64,000 nucleotides of DNA, taken from the NCBI GenBank assembly GCA_014075255.1, contig CP046178.1:1504894-1568893 (forward strand), in the 5' to 3' direction. Under the pieces are notes generated by a model, which worked only from the letters and a program-made list of their open reading frames with translations, was not told the origin of the DNA and did no database searches. Positions 32,809 to 43,377 of the stretch are shown piece by piece. Each line of letters starts with the position of its first letter. The stretch's first letter is position 1. The stretch comes from Gammaproteobacteria bacterium. Its GTDB lineage: Bacteria > Pseudomonadota > Gammaproteobacteria > UBA4575. The position numbers and the translations under genes are program-made.

Positions 32809-33815
32809 TCGCCCGTAAAATATTTTTCATACTTAATAATGCCCGCTGTATTGCGGGCATTTTTTTGTTCTTAATCTCGCTTTCTGCATGCGTTGCGCCT
32901 CAAACTAAGCAATTACAAATAGAGCGCCCGCACGACCTACCGACCAAAGCGTTTATAAAAAACGTACCCTTTTACCCGCAACAGCAATTTCATTGCGGCC
33001 CTTCTAGCTTAGCCATGGCAATGAATTTTTATAGTAAAAATGTAACGCCTGAAAATCTTGCTAAAGATGTGTTCACTCCAGGCCGCAAAGGCAGTTTTCA
33101 AGCAGAAATGAAAGCAGCGGTACGCAAACGCGGAATGATTGCATATGAGCTCACTCCTGAACTGGTCTATTTACTCGCCGAAGTTTCGGTGGGACACCCA
33201 GTTATTATTTTACAAAACAAATCTATTAAATATTACCCTGTCTGGCATTACGCTTTAGTTATTGGTTATGACTTAAATAAAAAACAAATTTATTTACACT
33301 CAGGCACAAATAAAAATTACGCGGTATCAATGAGTGTGTTTGAATTTACCTGGAAACGTTCGAAACGCTGGGCGATGGCAGTGCTGCCAACAGACACATT
33401 ACCCAATGACCGCAATCTTATAAATGTATTACAAGCGGCAGTAGACTTAGAAGAAGTAGGCCAAGTCGAAGCCGCAAATCAAACGTATCAAACCATTACA
33501 AAACGTTGGCCAGATAGTTTAGTTGCCGTAATGGGTACTGCGAATACGCATTTAACGTTAGACAATCCTGATAACGCTACTAAATTCTATTTGCGTGCTA
33601 TTGAATTGGAACCGCAACGGGCAGATATCTATAACAATCTCGCCTATAGTCTACAAGCACAATCTTGTTACCAGTCATCATTACGTTCAATTAACTGTGC
33701 AATTTCTTTAGATCCCAGTAGTGCTGAATTCCTGGACTCGCATCGCGAAATCACTCAGTCAACCAACAAATCAACCCTAAAGTCTTGCCCGAGAATCCGT
33801 TGTGGCAGCCCATAA
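32805..33815 (+). CDS. PA2778-family-like C39 cysteine peptidase / TPR-repeat lipoprotein
   Basis: Lipobox LSAC. Papain-like C39 active-site context QQFHCGPSSLAMAM plus a downstream His (VWHYAL). C-terminal TPR-like repeats. TTG start is coupled to the upstream gene. Confidence 0.65.
   Translation: MIARKIFFILNNARCIAGIFLFLISLSACVAPQTKQLQIERPHDLPTKAFIKNVPFYPQQQFHCGPSSLAMAMNFYSKNVTPENLAKDVFTPGRKGSFQAEMKAAVRKRGMIAYELTPELVYLLAEVSVGHPVIILQNKSIKYYPVWHYALVIGYDLNKKQIYLHSGTNKNYAVSMSVFEFTWKRSKRWAMAVLPTDTLPNDRNLINVLQAAVDLEEVGQVEAANQTYQTITKRWPDSLVAVMGTANTHLTLDNPDNATKFYLRAIELEPQRADIYNNLAYSLQAQSCYQSSLRSINCAISLDPSSAEFLDSHREITQSTNKSTLKSCPRIRCGSP
32838..32866 (+). terminator. GC-rich stem-loop plus T-run embedded in the signal-peptide codons of the peptidase gene (possible attenuator)
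   Basis: aatgcccgc-tgtatt-gcgggcat followed by ttttttt. It encodes NARCIAGIF of the lipoprotein signal peptide. Confidence 0.4.
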
Positions 33816-33982
33816 GTAATTATGGTGCGGGTTTACTCCCCTACAACCACTCTTGCCTAGGTCTGATTAGATACGTCCATGTAACGATAAATCGATAAAC
33901 CAAACATCGATACACATATGCTGACACCAGCAGTCGATTACATTTACACTATGCAGCCTGTAAATCTCTGCATGGTGTAAAA

Positions 33983-35677
33983 GTGGCCAAACAAAAAACT
34001 AAAAACAAAGCTAGTAGAAAATATTCCTCGATGGTGGTCGATGGGGTTGAGCGTGCGCCCAGCCGCGCCATGCTACGTGCAGTAGGCTTTGAAGATGCAG
34101 ACTTCAACAAGCCACAGATTGGAATCGCTTCTACCTGGAGCATGGTTACCCCCTGCAATATGCACATCGACAAACTTGCTGATGAGGCTGCAAAAGGCGC
34201 GAACCAGGCTGGTGGCAAAGCGGTAATCTTTAACACCATTACAATCTCCGATGGCATTTCGATGGGCACAGAGGGAATGAAGTACTCCTTGGTGTCTCGC
34301 GAAGTAATTGCTGATTCAATAGAAACGGTGGCAGGTTGTGAAGGTTTCGATGGCATCGTCACCATTGGCGGATGCGACAAAAACATGCCGGGATGTTTGA
34401 TTGCGCTCGCGCGTTTGAATCGTCCCTCAGTATTTGTCTATGGCGGAACAATCATGCCTGGCAATTATAAAAACAAAAAAGTGGATGTGGTTTCCGTTTT
34501 TGAAGCCGTGGGGCAGCACGCTAAAAAAGAATTAAGCGATCAAGAACTTAAGCAAGTTGAGTCGACAGCAATACCTGGCGCCGGCTCATGTGGCGGCATG
34601 TACACCGCCAATACCATGGCTTCAGCTATAGAAGCCTTAGGTATGAGTTTGCCTAATAGTTCCGCACAAAATGCCATTTCAAATGATAAGCAAAATGATT
34701 GCATCGCTGCTGGCGAAGCGGTGATGGATTTAATTAAACAAAATATTTTACCCAAAGATATCATGACTAAAAAAGCGTTCCAAAATGCTATTACGGTTCT
34801 GATTACTCTAGGCGGTTCAACCAATGCAGTACTGCACTTACTTGCCATGGCGCATGCTATGGGAGTGAAACTCACCATTGATGAATTCACTCGCGTGGGT
34901 AAAAAAGTACCGGTTCTTGCAGATCTACGCCCGAGCGGCAAATACATGATGTCCGAGCTGATAGAAATTGGCGGCATCCAACCGCTGATGAAAATGCTCT
35001 TGGACAAAGGATTATTACATGGAGATTGCCTAACGGTGACTGGCAAAACATTGGCGCAAAATTTAAAAACTGTTAAGCCTTATCCAAAGTCGCAAGATAT
35101 TATTCGTGATTTTGATAATCCAATAAAAAAAGACAGCCATCTAGTTATTCTATATGGAAACTTAGCGCCCGAAGGAGCTGTGGCTAAAATTTCCGGCAAA
35201 GAAGGTTTAAATTTCACCGGTAAAGCGCGGGTGTTTGCGTCAGAAGAAAAAGCTTTAGAAAAAATTCTAGATGGTGGAATTAAGAAAGGTGATGTAATCG
35301 TGATTCGCTATGAAGGCCCGCAAGGCGGACCGGGGATGCGCGAAATGTTGTCACCTACTTCTGCAATCATGGGAAAAGGACTCGGCAAAGACGTTGCTTT
35401 AATTACCGATGGCCGCTTCTCAGGCGGTAGTCATGGTTTTGTGGTCGGCCACATCACCCCAGAAGCTGCGGTTGGTGGGCCACTCGCTCTAGTAAAGAAT
35501 GGCGATCAAATCACCATTGACGCACAGAAGCGCGAAATCAACGTGAATCTATCTAAGAAAGAACTCGCGCTGCGTAAAAAGAAATGGACTGCACCTAAAC
35601 CCCGTTATAAACGTGGGGTTTTAGCTAAATATGCAGCACAAGTATCTTCCGCATCAAATGGCGCTGTAACGGACTAA
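33983..35677 (+). CDS. ilvD: IlvD/EDD-family dehydratase (dihydroxy-acid dehydratase-like)
   Basis: GCDKNMPG and SGGSHG motifs with N-terminal similarity to IlvD. 564 aa. GTG start. Confidence 0.8.
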   Translation: MAKQKTKNKASRKYSSMVVDGVERAPSRAMLRAVGFEDADFNKPQIGIASTWSMVTPCNMHIDKLADEAAKGANQAGGKAVIFNTITISDGISMGTEGMKYSLVSREVIADSIETVAGCEGFDGIVTIGGCDKNMPGCLIALARLNRPSVFVYGGTIMPGNYKNKKVDVVSVFEAVGQHAKKELSDQELKQVESTAIPGAGSCGGMYTANTMASAIEALGMSLPNSSAQNAISNDKQNDCIAAGEAVMDLIKQNILPKDIMTKKAFQNAITVLITLGGSTNAVLHLLAMAHAMGVKLTIDEFTRVGKKVPVLADLRPSGKYMMSELIEIGGIQPLMKMLLDKGLLHGDCLTVTGKTLAQNLKTVKPYPKSQDIIRDFDNPIKKDSHLVILYGNLAPEGAVAKISGKEGLNFTGKARVFASEEKALEKILDGGIKKGDVIVIRYEGPQGGPGMREMLSPTSAIMGKGLGKDVALITDGRFSGGSHGFVVGHITPEAAVGGPLALVKNGDQITIDAQKREINVNLSKKELALRKKKWTAPKPRYKRGVLAKYAAQVSSASNGAVTD

Positions 35678-35929
35678 CCTAATTGATGGCTCTATAAATT
35701 CGCTTTGATGCAGGGAAGCATCACTGATTTACCAGCACATAAGTGATTGTAAATCGTGAAAAAGATATCGCATTATCGTCTTTCGTCTCTGAAGAACTCA
35801 GAATGGCTTCATTCAGAGCTACTAAGTATCTATAAAGCATAAATTGTCAGGCGTGGAATAAGTAGATAGGATTGCCCGTTCTAATTATTACCACTTTAGT
35901 ATTACCACTAAAACTTTAAGGAGCTGTCG

Positions 35930-36568
35930 ATGGCGGAATTACTCACAGGTAAAGCACTAGAAGAGGTCATAGAGCGCAAAAACAAAATGCGTCGCGAAGC
36001 ATATGACCGCCGTGCTGCACAAGAAAATAAAGAAGAAGTTAGCGCAAAAGCATGTGCAAATTTTATGACACTTCCTGAATACCAAAAATCTAATGTTGCT
36101 ATGTGGTACATCGATTGCCGCTCAGAGACTCGCACTAAAGATGAATTAATTGCAGAAGTTAATAAAGGGGAAAAGAAAATTATTGTTCCTTATTGCACTG
36201 AAGACGAAAATGGCGATAACAAGCTTGGCCTGTGGTGGATGGAAAGCTTGGAAGAAATGGTTGTTGGCAAATGGGACATCCTAGAGCCACCTAAAGAATT
36301 ATGGGGCAACCCAGAAAAAGAAGTAACTCCTGAAGAAATCGACATCATTATGGTTCCAGGCACTGGCTTTGATAAGAAAGGTGGTCGCATGGGTAATGGT
36401 CAAGGCTATTACGATCGTTTACTCGAGCAACTTCGCGCAGATTGTCCTCTAGTAGCACTATGTTATGAGTCACAAATGTTTGATGAAATTCTTGTGGCGC
36501 CTCATGATGTATTCATGGACAAAGTGGTTACTGAAGATGCTGTGTACGAAGGCATCGGTCGAGGTTAA
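35930..36568 (+). CDS. 5-formyltetrahydrofolate cyclo-ligase (MTHFS) family protein
   Basis: Conserved VPGTGFDKKGGRMGNGQGYYDRLL block. 212 aa. Confidence 0.7.
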   Translation: MAELLTGKALEEVIERKNKMRREAYDRRAAQENKEEVSAKACANFMTLPEYQKSNVAMWYIDCRSETRTKDELIAEVNKGEKKIIVPYCTEDENGDNKLGLWWMESLEEMVVGKWDILEPPKELWGNPEKEVTPEEIDIIMVPGTGFDKKGGRMGNGQGYYDRLLEQLRADCPLVALCYESQMFDEILVAPHDVFMDKVVTEDAVYEGIGRG

Positions 36569-36573
36569 TTATT

Positions 36574-37497
36574 ATGGCTGCAAAAATTGATGATACTTAC
36601 GCAGAAGCGTTTAAAAGTCTCTATACAGAATTCTTAATCACTGCACGTGACCGCAAATGGCTAGACCACGCGGTTAATGCTGCAACGGGCAACGCATCAA
36701 GTTCAATCTTGTGTGATTGTGAAGCTGGAATGGATCGCTATGTCGGTCCTGGTGGTGATGAAAGTTTTGAGACTCCTGACGGTCGCCCAGGGGCTATCGT
36801 ACAACTTCACATTCCACGCTTTCGCAAAGATCGTGTAAAAGCGTTAGAAAAATCTGCATTAGTGCGTATCAGTCAAAACGTTATGACTTGCCCTACCGCC
36901 TCATGTTTCAACTTGGTTGATTCAGAAGAGTATTACCATATGGGTCGTAAAGTGGCTTACTTTGGTAACGGTTACCAGAAACGTATCGAACGATTTGGTC
37001 GCAAGATGTGGTGGATTCCAACCCTAGGTGGAGAATTCATTTTAGATCGTCGTCTTGGTTATGCAGATGGGCTCATGGGCGGCAACCTTTGGTTCTTCGG
37101 TGACAGTGTGGATTCTGCACTACTTGCTGCAGAAAAAGGCGTGGAAGCGATCCTACCAATGCCGGGTGTTATCTCAACCTTCCCTGGCGGTATTGCAAGC
37201 AGTGGTTCAAAAGCTGGAAGTAACTACGACTTTACCATTGCCAGCACGTACGAAAAATTCTGCCCAATGTTACAAGATGATCCTACGGTTGAAGCTGGAT
37301 TACCAGAAGGCGTTAACTGTGTAATGGAAATCATCATGAATGGCCAAGGTATGCAACCGATTATTGATGCCACGCAAGCTGCGATTAAAGCTTCGGTAGA
37401 CACACCAGGACTGATTATGATTTCTGCTGGCAACTACAATGGAAAGTTAGGTAAGAGCTTTATCTATCTAGATCCAAGTAAACAGCCTGCTGAATAA
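36574..37497 (+). CDS. formylmethanofuran:tetrahydromethanopterin formyltransferase (Ftr/FhcD) family protein
   Basis: N-terminal IDDTYAEAF...FLITA and ...ETPDGRPGAIVQLHIP match the Ftr family. 307 aa. Confidence 0.7.
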   Translation: MAAKIDDTYAEAFKSLYTEFLITARDRKWLDHAVNAATGNASSSILCDCEAGMDRYVGPGGDESFETPDGRPGAIVQLHIPRFRKDRVKALEKSALVRISQNVMTCPTASCFNLVDSEEYYHMGRKVAYFGNGYQKRIERFGRKMWWIPTLGGEFILDRRLGYADGLMGGNLWFFGDSVDSALLAAEKGVEAILPMPGVISTFPGGIASSGSKAGSNYDFTIASTYEKFCPMLQDDPTVEAGLPEGVNCVMEIIMNGQGMQPIIDATQAAIKASVDTPGLIMISAGNYNGKLGKSFIYLDPSKQPAE

Positions 37498-37516
37498 TTA
37501 AGTAGTACATGTTTAA

Positions 37517-37548
37517 AAAAAGCCGCTACTTCTAGCGGCTTTTTTTTT
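37517..37548 (+). terminator. intrinsic terminator after the Ftr-like gene
   Basis: aaaaaaa-agccgcta-cttc-tagcggct-ttttttttt, a bidirectional-looking hairpin. Confidence 0.6.
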
Positions 37549-37616
37549 GCGTAACCTAATTTAGGTATCACTTCCCCCACCTATCCTAAACACAAGTTCT
37601 AAAGCATAATATTCAA

Positions 37617-38507
37617 ATGACTACAGAATTTTCCAAACAATATGAAAGGACTCCTGGCGGCGCAATCCTTATGAATGGAAGCGTGGTTGCCGAAGCTGTT
37701 CAAAGTAAAATAGCCAAGCAGCTAGCACAATCTCCTAACGCAAAGGTAACGCTTGCCACCGTTCTAATAGGAGACGATCCCGCTAGCAAACTTTATGTGG
37801 GCATGAAAGAAAAACGTGCAGCCGCCATTGGCATTCAATCCAAGCATGTTGAACTCGCTGGCAATATATCCATGTCACAAGCCTGTGAAGAAATTATTAA
37901 GCTTGCGAATGATCCAAGCGTGCATGGAATCTTGATTCAGTTACCGTTACCCAAACAACTCGACACACATAAAATTATCGATTTATTGCCGCCTGAAAAA
38001 GATGTCGATGGTTTAAGTGAAAATAATCTGGGCAAACTAATTCGTGGTGTACCTGGATTAGTGCCCTGCACCCCTCTTGGCGTGATGCGCATACTCGAAC
38101 ACTATGAAATAGAAACCAGTGGCAAGCGCGCCGTGGTTATCGGACGCTCTACTTTAGTTGGCCTCCCTCAAGTTTTATTACTAGGCCGTAAAGGCACAGA
38201 TGCCACGGTAACTTTGGCTCATTCTCGTAGTGGTAATATTGGCAAATTTACAAAATCAGCAGACATTGTGATTGCCGCAGCCGGAATTGCCCATCTTGTT
38301 AAACAGGAACACATCAAACCAGGCGCTACTGTGATTGATGTAGGCGTCACTCGAACCGATGAAGGTATTCGCGGTGATGTAGATTTTGATGCCGTGCAAT
38401 CAATAGCGGGTGCCATCACACCTATGCCAGGTGGCACAGGACCTATGACGGTAGCTTGTTTACTAGAAAACACTTTGTATGCGGCCAAATTACAAAACAC
38501 CTTATAA
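37617..38507 (+). CDS. folD: bifunctional methylene-H4F dehydrogenase / methenyl-H4F cyclohydrolase
   Basis: Full-length FolD similarity (LIGDDPAS, HGILIQLPLP, VPCTPLG, VVIGRS, PMPGGTGPMT). Confidence 0.9.
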   Translation: MTTEFSKQYERTPGGAILMNGSVVAEAVQSKIAKQLAQSPNAKVTLATVLIGDDPASKLYVGMKEKRAAAIGIQSKHVELAGNISMSQACEEIIKLANDPSVHGILIQLPLPKQLDTHKIIDLLPPEKDVDGLSENNLGKLIRGVPGLVPCTPLGVMRILEHYEIETSGKRAVVIGRSTLVGLPQVLLLGRKGTDATVTLAHSRSGNIGKFTKSADIVIAAAGIAHLVKQEHIKPGATVIDVGVTRTDEGIRGDVDFDAVQSIAGAITPMPGGTGPMTVACLLENTLYAAKLQNTL

Positions 38508-38749
38508 GCAATGCTCACTGCAAATTGATACAACACATTCGCTAAAACCACTTTTATATCCCTATAATACCCAACTCGTAATATGCAAATGGCTTGAGCC
38601 ACTTTAGGGCTTATGGCAAGATGCTTGACCTTTCGCGCGACTTGTTTGCACGTAAATATATTGGCAGCTCTGGCCATCTCGAATAAAAACTATATATAGC
38701 GGAGCTACTTCTAAACTAAAAATTAATATCACTTATAAAGGTTCTCTTA

Positions 38750-40015
38750 ATGCCTGGACAAAAACTGTCTTATCCTGGAAAAAATTATTTATTCTGCCCA
38801 GGCCCAACACACATACCACAAGCAGTACAAAACGCAATGATCGTTCCTCAAGAAGATCACCGTGCACCAGATTTTCCGGAACTCGTTAAGCCTTTATTAC
38901 GCGACGTTAAAAAGATTTTCAAAACCACTAAAGGCACATGCTTTTTATTCCCAGCAACCGGTACAGCGGGTTGGGAAATTGCCTTAGCAAACACCATGTC
39001 ACCAGGTGACAAAATCTTAACTACACGTTTTGGTCAGTTCAGCCACTTATGGTACGACCTGGCTTGCCGCATCGGCTTGGAAGTTGATCTAATTGAAACT
39101 CCATGGGGTGAAGGTGTTCCTGTTGAGAAGTTTAAGAAAATTCTCCTAGCAGATAAGAATCATGAAATTAAAGCTGTTGTTTGTTGCCATAACGAAACTG
39201 CAACGGGTGTGACCAGTGATATTGGTGCAGTTGGCAAAATGCTAAAGCAAATTAAGCATCCTGCATTATTAATGGTGGACTGTGTAAGTTCTGTTGCCAG
39301 TATCGATTTCCAAATGGATAAATGGGGCGTTGATATCGCGGTAAGTGGTTCTCAGAAAGGCTTCATGCTTCCAGCAGGCATGGCTATCTTGGCATTCAGC
39401 CCACGCGCATTAGCAAAACGTAAATCTGCAAAATGTGCACGCTGTTTCTTGGATATTCAAGACCACATTAATACCAACAAAGATGGTTTCTTCCCTTACA
39501 CTCCATCTGTACCCATGTTACGTGGACTGCGTGCGTCGATTGATTTGATTTTAGGCGAAGGTCTTGATAACTGTCACAAACGTCATTACCGTCTTGCAGA
39601 AGGTGTGCGTCTTGCGGTTAAAGCATGGGGCTTAAAAACTTGTGCAAAATCTTCTAAGTTGAATTCAGATACCGTAACTGCAATATTGGTTCCTGAAAAC
39701 AAAAATGCGAATGAAGTAATCCATATTGCATACCATAAGTACAACATTTCATTAGGTGCTGGCTTATCTAAAGTTGCGGGTAAGGTTTTCCGCATCGGTC
39801 ACCTTGGCGATAACAACGAAGCGCGTATGATGGCAGCTTTAGGTACTGTAGAAATGGCACTGCTAGACGCAGGCATTAAAATTAAGCCAGGAAGTGGCGT
39901 TGCTGCTGCAGGTGAGTACTACCGCAAGACCGGCAAGAAAATTAAAAAGTTTGCTGCTCCGAAAGCAGCACCTAAGAAAAAAGCACCGGCTAAAAGAAAA
40001 GCCCCCAAGAAATAA
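38750..40015 (+). CDS. sga: serine--glyoxylate aminotransferase (class V aminotransferase) with K/A/P-rich C-terminal tail
   Basis: Class V fold with the PLP-lysine context SGSQKG. Serine-cycle gene neighbourhood. About 25 extra C-terminal residues: KKIKKFAAPKAAPKKKAPAKRKAPKK. Confidence 0.85.
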   Translation: MPGQKLSYPGKNYLFCPGPTHIPQAVQNAMIVPQEDHRAPDFPELVKPLLRDVKKIFKTTKGTCFLFPATGTAGWEIALANTMSPGDKILTTRFGQFSHLWYDLACRIGLEVDLIETPWGEGVPVEKFKKILLADKNHEIKAVVCCHNETATGVTSDIGAVGKMLKQIKHPALLMVDCVSSVASIDFQMDKWGVDIAVSGSQKGFMLPAGMAILAFSPRALAKRKSAKCARCFLDIQDHINTNKDGFFPYTPSVPMLRGLRASIDLILGEGLDNCHKRHYRLAEGVRLAVKAWGLKTCAKSSKLNSDTVTAILVPENKNANEVIHIAYHKYNISLGAGLSKVAGKVFRIGHLGDNNEARMMAALGTVEMALLDAGIKIKPGSGVAAAGEYYRKTGKKIKKFAAPKAAPKKKAPAKRKAPKK

Positions 40016-40060
40016 ATAACGAATAGAAAATAAATAGATAACAAATAGAAGGTACATACT

Positions 40061-41002
40061 ATGAGTTTTACACAACCTACACCAGCAAGATCAAGAGTAC
40101 AGCGATGTGAACTTGCTGTTCCTGCATCCAGCGTTAAAATGATTGAAAAATCAGCCGACTGCGATGCAGACTTCGTATTTTTAGATTTAGAAGATGCTGT
40201 TGCTCCTGGAGACAAAGTACAAGCACGCAAGAATGCAATCGAAGCCGTAAATGGTATCGACTGGGCAGGCAAAGGAAAAACCATTGTAGTGCGTATTAAC
40301 GGTCTTGATACTCATTTCATGTATCGTGATGTCATTGATCTTGTTGAACAAGCGGGTAGTAAGCTAGATACGATTTTTATTCCAAAAGTAGGTGACCCAG
40401 CAGACGTATACATGGTGGATGCACTTCTTACTCAAATAGAAGAAGCAAAAGGGTTTAAAAACAAAATAGCCATAGAAGCAATCATTGAAACCGCACTAGG
40501 CATGGCCAATGTAGAAGCCATTGCACAATCTAGCCCACGCCTAGAAGCCTTGCACTTTGGTGTGGCGGACTATTCAGCAAGTACTCGTGCACGTACGGTC
40601 AATATCGGTGGCTTAAATCCTGATTATCCTGGCGATCAATGGCATTCCGCTATTTCACGCATGGTGGTTGCATGTCGTGCATACGGATTGCGTCCTATTG
40701 ATGGTCCATTTGGTGATATCAAGGATCCTGAAGGCTACATGCTTGCATGCCGTCGTGGCGCAGCATTAGGTATTGAAGGTAAGTGGGCCATCCACCCATC
40801 ACAAATCGAAATGGCGAATGAGGTATTTTCTCCACCAGAAGCTGAAGTAGCCAAGGCGCATCGAATTCTTGAAGAACTCGAAAAAGCAGCTAAAGAAGGT
40901 AAAGGCGCGGCAACATTAGATGGCAAAATGATCGATGCGGCTTCTGCAAAAATGGCAGAAAATGTTGTTAGAGCAGCTGAGGCCATTGCTGCGAAGTCAT
41001 AA
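40061..41002 (+). CDS. mcl: malyl-CoA lyase (HpcH/CitE family)
   Basis: CitE/HpcH-like aldolase fold. 313 aa. Sits between sga and mtkAB. Confidence 0.8.
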   Translation: MSFTQPTPARSRVQRCELAVPASSVKMIEKSADCDADFVFLDLEDAVAPGDKVQARKNAIEAVNGIDWAGKGKTIVVRINGLDTHFMYRDVIDLVEQAGSKLDTIFIPKVGDPADVYMVDALLTQIEEAKGFKNKIAIEAIIETALGMANVEAIAQSSPRLEALHFGVADYSASTRARTVNIGGLNPDYPGDQWHSAISRMVVACRAYGLRPIDGPFGDIKDPEGYMLACRRGAALGIEGKWAIHPSQIEMANEVFSPPEAEVAKAHRILEELEKAAKEGKGAATLDGKMIDAASAKMAENVVRAAEAIAAKS

Positions 41003-41048
41003 AGTTAGAATTACCTAACTTTTATTGTTGTTATTTTTTATGTCCTAG

Positions 41049-41080
41049 GTGCCCGCATTGCGGGCACTTTTGTTTCTTCC
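41049..41080 (+). terminator. intrinsic terminator after mcl
   Basis: gtgcccgc-att-gcgggcac followed by ttttgtttctt. Confidence 0.6.
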
Positions 41081-41274
41081 TTTTAGAATTTCTATTTTTG
41101 CCCATCCTTATTGCTCATGAATTGAGCAATTACCCAACAAGAGAGTTTGTCCTTGGGCGTCAGAATAGGCTATAAAAGTCGTTTGGTCTGCCGAAATTAC
41201 AACGATCTATAAGGCGGCCTCCAAGATTAAGCCAATAAGATAAAAACGAATCATTTTCTCGGGAGGGAATTTTA

Positions 41275-42450
41275 GTGGATATCCATGAGTATCAAGCAAA
41301 AGAAATATTATCCGAGTGCGGCGTAGGCATAGCAGCAGGTGGACTAGCATATAGCCCTGAACAAGCAGTTTACCGAGCCAAAGAAATTGGTGGCAGCAAA
41401 TGGGCCATTAAAGCACAAATACACTCTGGTGCTCGCGGCAAAGCTGGCGGTATCAAGCTATGCAGCAATGACGAAGAAATTTGGAATGCAGCGGATGAAC
41501 TATTAGGCAAACGCTTGGTAACTCACCAAACTGGCCCTGCCGGCAAAGTGGTATATCGACTTTACGTCGAGCAAGCTACGGATATTTTAAAAGAACTTTA
41601 TTTAGCACTGGTACTTGATCGCGATAAGCAACGTGTTGTTTTTGTAACCTCAACTGAAGGTGGTATGGATATCGAAGAAGTGGCTGCAACCAAGCCTGAA
41701 GCGATTCACAAATTAGAAGTTGAGCCTGCAGTAGGTCTGCGTGACTTTCAAGCACGCGAACTTGCTTTCGCATTAGGCATAAAGCCTGAACTTACGAGCC
41801 AAGCCGTTCACACAATCAAAGGTGCATATCGTGCATTCCGTGATTACGATGCGACTATGGTTGAAATCAACCCTATGGTCATTACTAAAGATGATCGCGT
41901 ATTAGCACTCGATGCAAAAATGGGTTTTGACGACAACGCATTATTCCGCCGTCCACGGATTGCAGAACTGCGTGATAAATCGCAAGAAGATCCTCGCGAA
42001 ACAGCGGCGTCAGATCGAGGCTTAAGTTATGTAGGCCTAGATGGCGATATCGGTTGCATGATCAATGGTGCCGGTCTTGCTATGGCCACCATGGACATGA
42101 TTAAGCATAAAGGCGGCGAACCGGCCAACTTCCTAGATATTGGTGGTGGCGCTTCACCAGAACGTGTTACCAGTGCATTCAAATTAGTACTTGATGATGA
42201 AAAGGTAAAAGCAATATTAGTTAATATTTTTGCTGGTATTAATCGTTGCGATTGGATCGCCGAAGGTGTTGTACAAGCGTTTGAAAAATTAGAGGTGAAA
42301 GTACCGGTTATCGTACGACTTTCTGGCACCAATGTTGAAAAAGGTATGCAAATACTAAAAGACAGCGGTCAACCACTCATTACAGCGGATACTTTAGACG
42401 AAGCCGCACAAAAAGCGGTAGCCGAACGCAACCGTGTTGCAAAAGGCTAG
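41275..42450 (+). CDS. mtkA: malate--CoA ligase beta subunit (succinyl-CoA synthetase beta-like)
   Basis: ATP-grasp N-terminal [12 protein letters not shown]. Paired with an alpha subunit in the serine-cycle cluster. Confidence 0.85.
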   Translation: MDIHEYQAKEILSECGVGIAAGGLAYSPEQAVYRAKEIGGSKWAIKAQIHSGARGKAGGIKLCSNDEEIWNAADELLGKRLVTHQTGPAGKVVYRLYVEQATDILKELYLALVLDRDKQRVVFVTSTEGGMDIEEVAATKPEAIHKLEVEPAVGLRDFQARELAFALGIKPELTSQAVHTIKGAYRAFRDYDATMVEINPMVITKDDRVLALDAKMGFDDNALFRRPRIAELRDKSQEDPRETAASDRGLSYVGLDGDIGCMINGAGLAMATMDMIKHKGGEPANFLDIGGGASPERVTSAFKLVLDDEKVKAILVNIFAGINRCDWIAEGVVQAFEKLEVKVPVIVRLSGTNVEKGMQILKDSGQPLITADTLDEAAQKAVAERNRVAKG

Positions 42451-42461
42451 GGAGAAATAAA

Positions 42462-43352
42462 ATGACAATAATGATTGATGAAAATACTAAAGTTCTTGTT
42501 CAAGGTTTTACTGGCAAAATCGGAACCTTTCACGCTGAAGAAATGATTGAGTACGGTACCAAAGTGGTGGGTGGTGTTACTCCTGGAAAAGGTGGTCAAA
42601 CACACATGGGATTACCTGTGTTTAATACAGTTAAAGATGCCGTAGCAAGCACCGGTGCCGAAGCTAGTATCGTATTTGTTCCAGGTGGCTATGCTGCAGA
42701 TGGAATTATGGAAGCTGCCGATGGAGGGATTAAAACTTGTGTTTCCATCACGGATGGAATTCCCGCTCAAGACATGATGCGTGTTAAACGTTATATGTAT
42801 CGCTACAAAAAAGAAGATCGTATGCGCCTAACCGGCCCTAACTGTGCTGGTAGCATCAGCCCAGGAAAATGTTTATTGGGCATTATGCCTGGCCATATTT
42901 ATGAAACCGGAAATGTGGGAGTAGTTGCGCGTTCTGGCACACTCGGCTATGAAGCTGCATCACAAATGAAAGCATTAGGCATCGGTATTAGCACCAGTAT
43001 TGGTATCGGTGGCGACCCCATCAACGGAAGTTCACACAAGGATATCTTAGAGTTATTTGAAGCGGATCCTGAAACCAAAGCGGTGATGATGATTGGTGAA
43101 ATTGGTGGCCCACAAGAAGCGGAAGCTGCCGAATACTTTAAAGAGCATATGACCAAACCTTTGGTTGCTTATATTGCAGGTTTAACTGCACCGAAAGGTC
43201 GTCGCATGGGTCACGCAGGCGCGATAGTTTCAGGCAAAGGTGAGAGTGCTGCGGAGAAAGTAGAAATGCTAGAAGAAGCAGGTGTTATTGTTGCGCCAAA
43301 TCCATCTGAGCTAGGCTCAACGATGGAAAGAGTAATGAAAGACATCTCGTAG
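42462..43352 (+). CDS. mtkB: malate--CoA ligase alpha subunit
   Basis: CoA-binding Rossmann fold with the phosphohistidine loop GHAGAIVSG. 296 aa. Confidence 0.85.
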   Translation: MTIMIDENTKVLVQGFTGKIGTFHAEEMIEYGTKVVGGVTPGKGGQTHMGLPVFNTVKDAVASTGAEASIVFVPGGYAADGIMEAADGGIKTCVSITDGIPAQDMMRVKRYMYRYKKEDRMRLTGPNCAGSISPGKCLLGIMPGHIYETGNVGVVARSGTLGYEAASQMKALGIGISTSIGIGGDPINGSSHKDILELFEADPETKAVMMIGEIGGPQEAEAAEYFKEHMTKPLVAYIAGLTAPKGRRMGHAGAIVSGKGESAAEKVEMLEEAGVIVAPNPSELGSTMERVMKDIS

Positions 43353-43377
43353 TTGAAGCTTGTAGGAGAGAATAATA

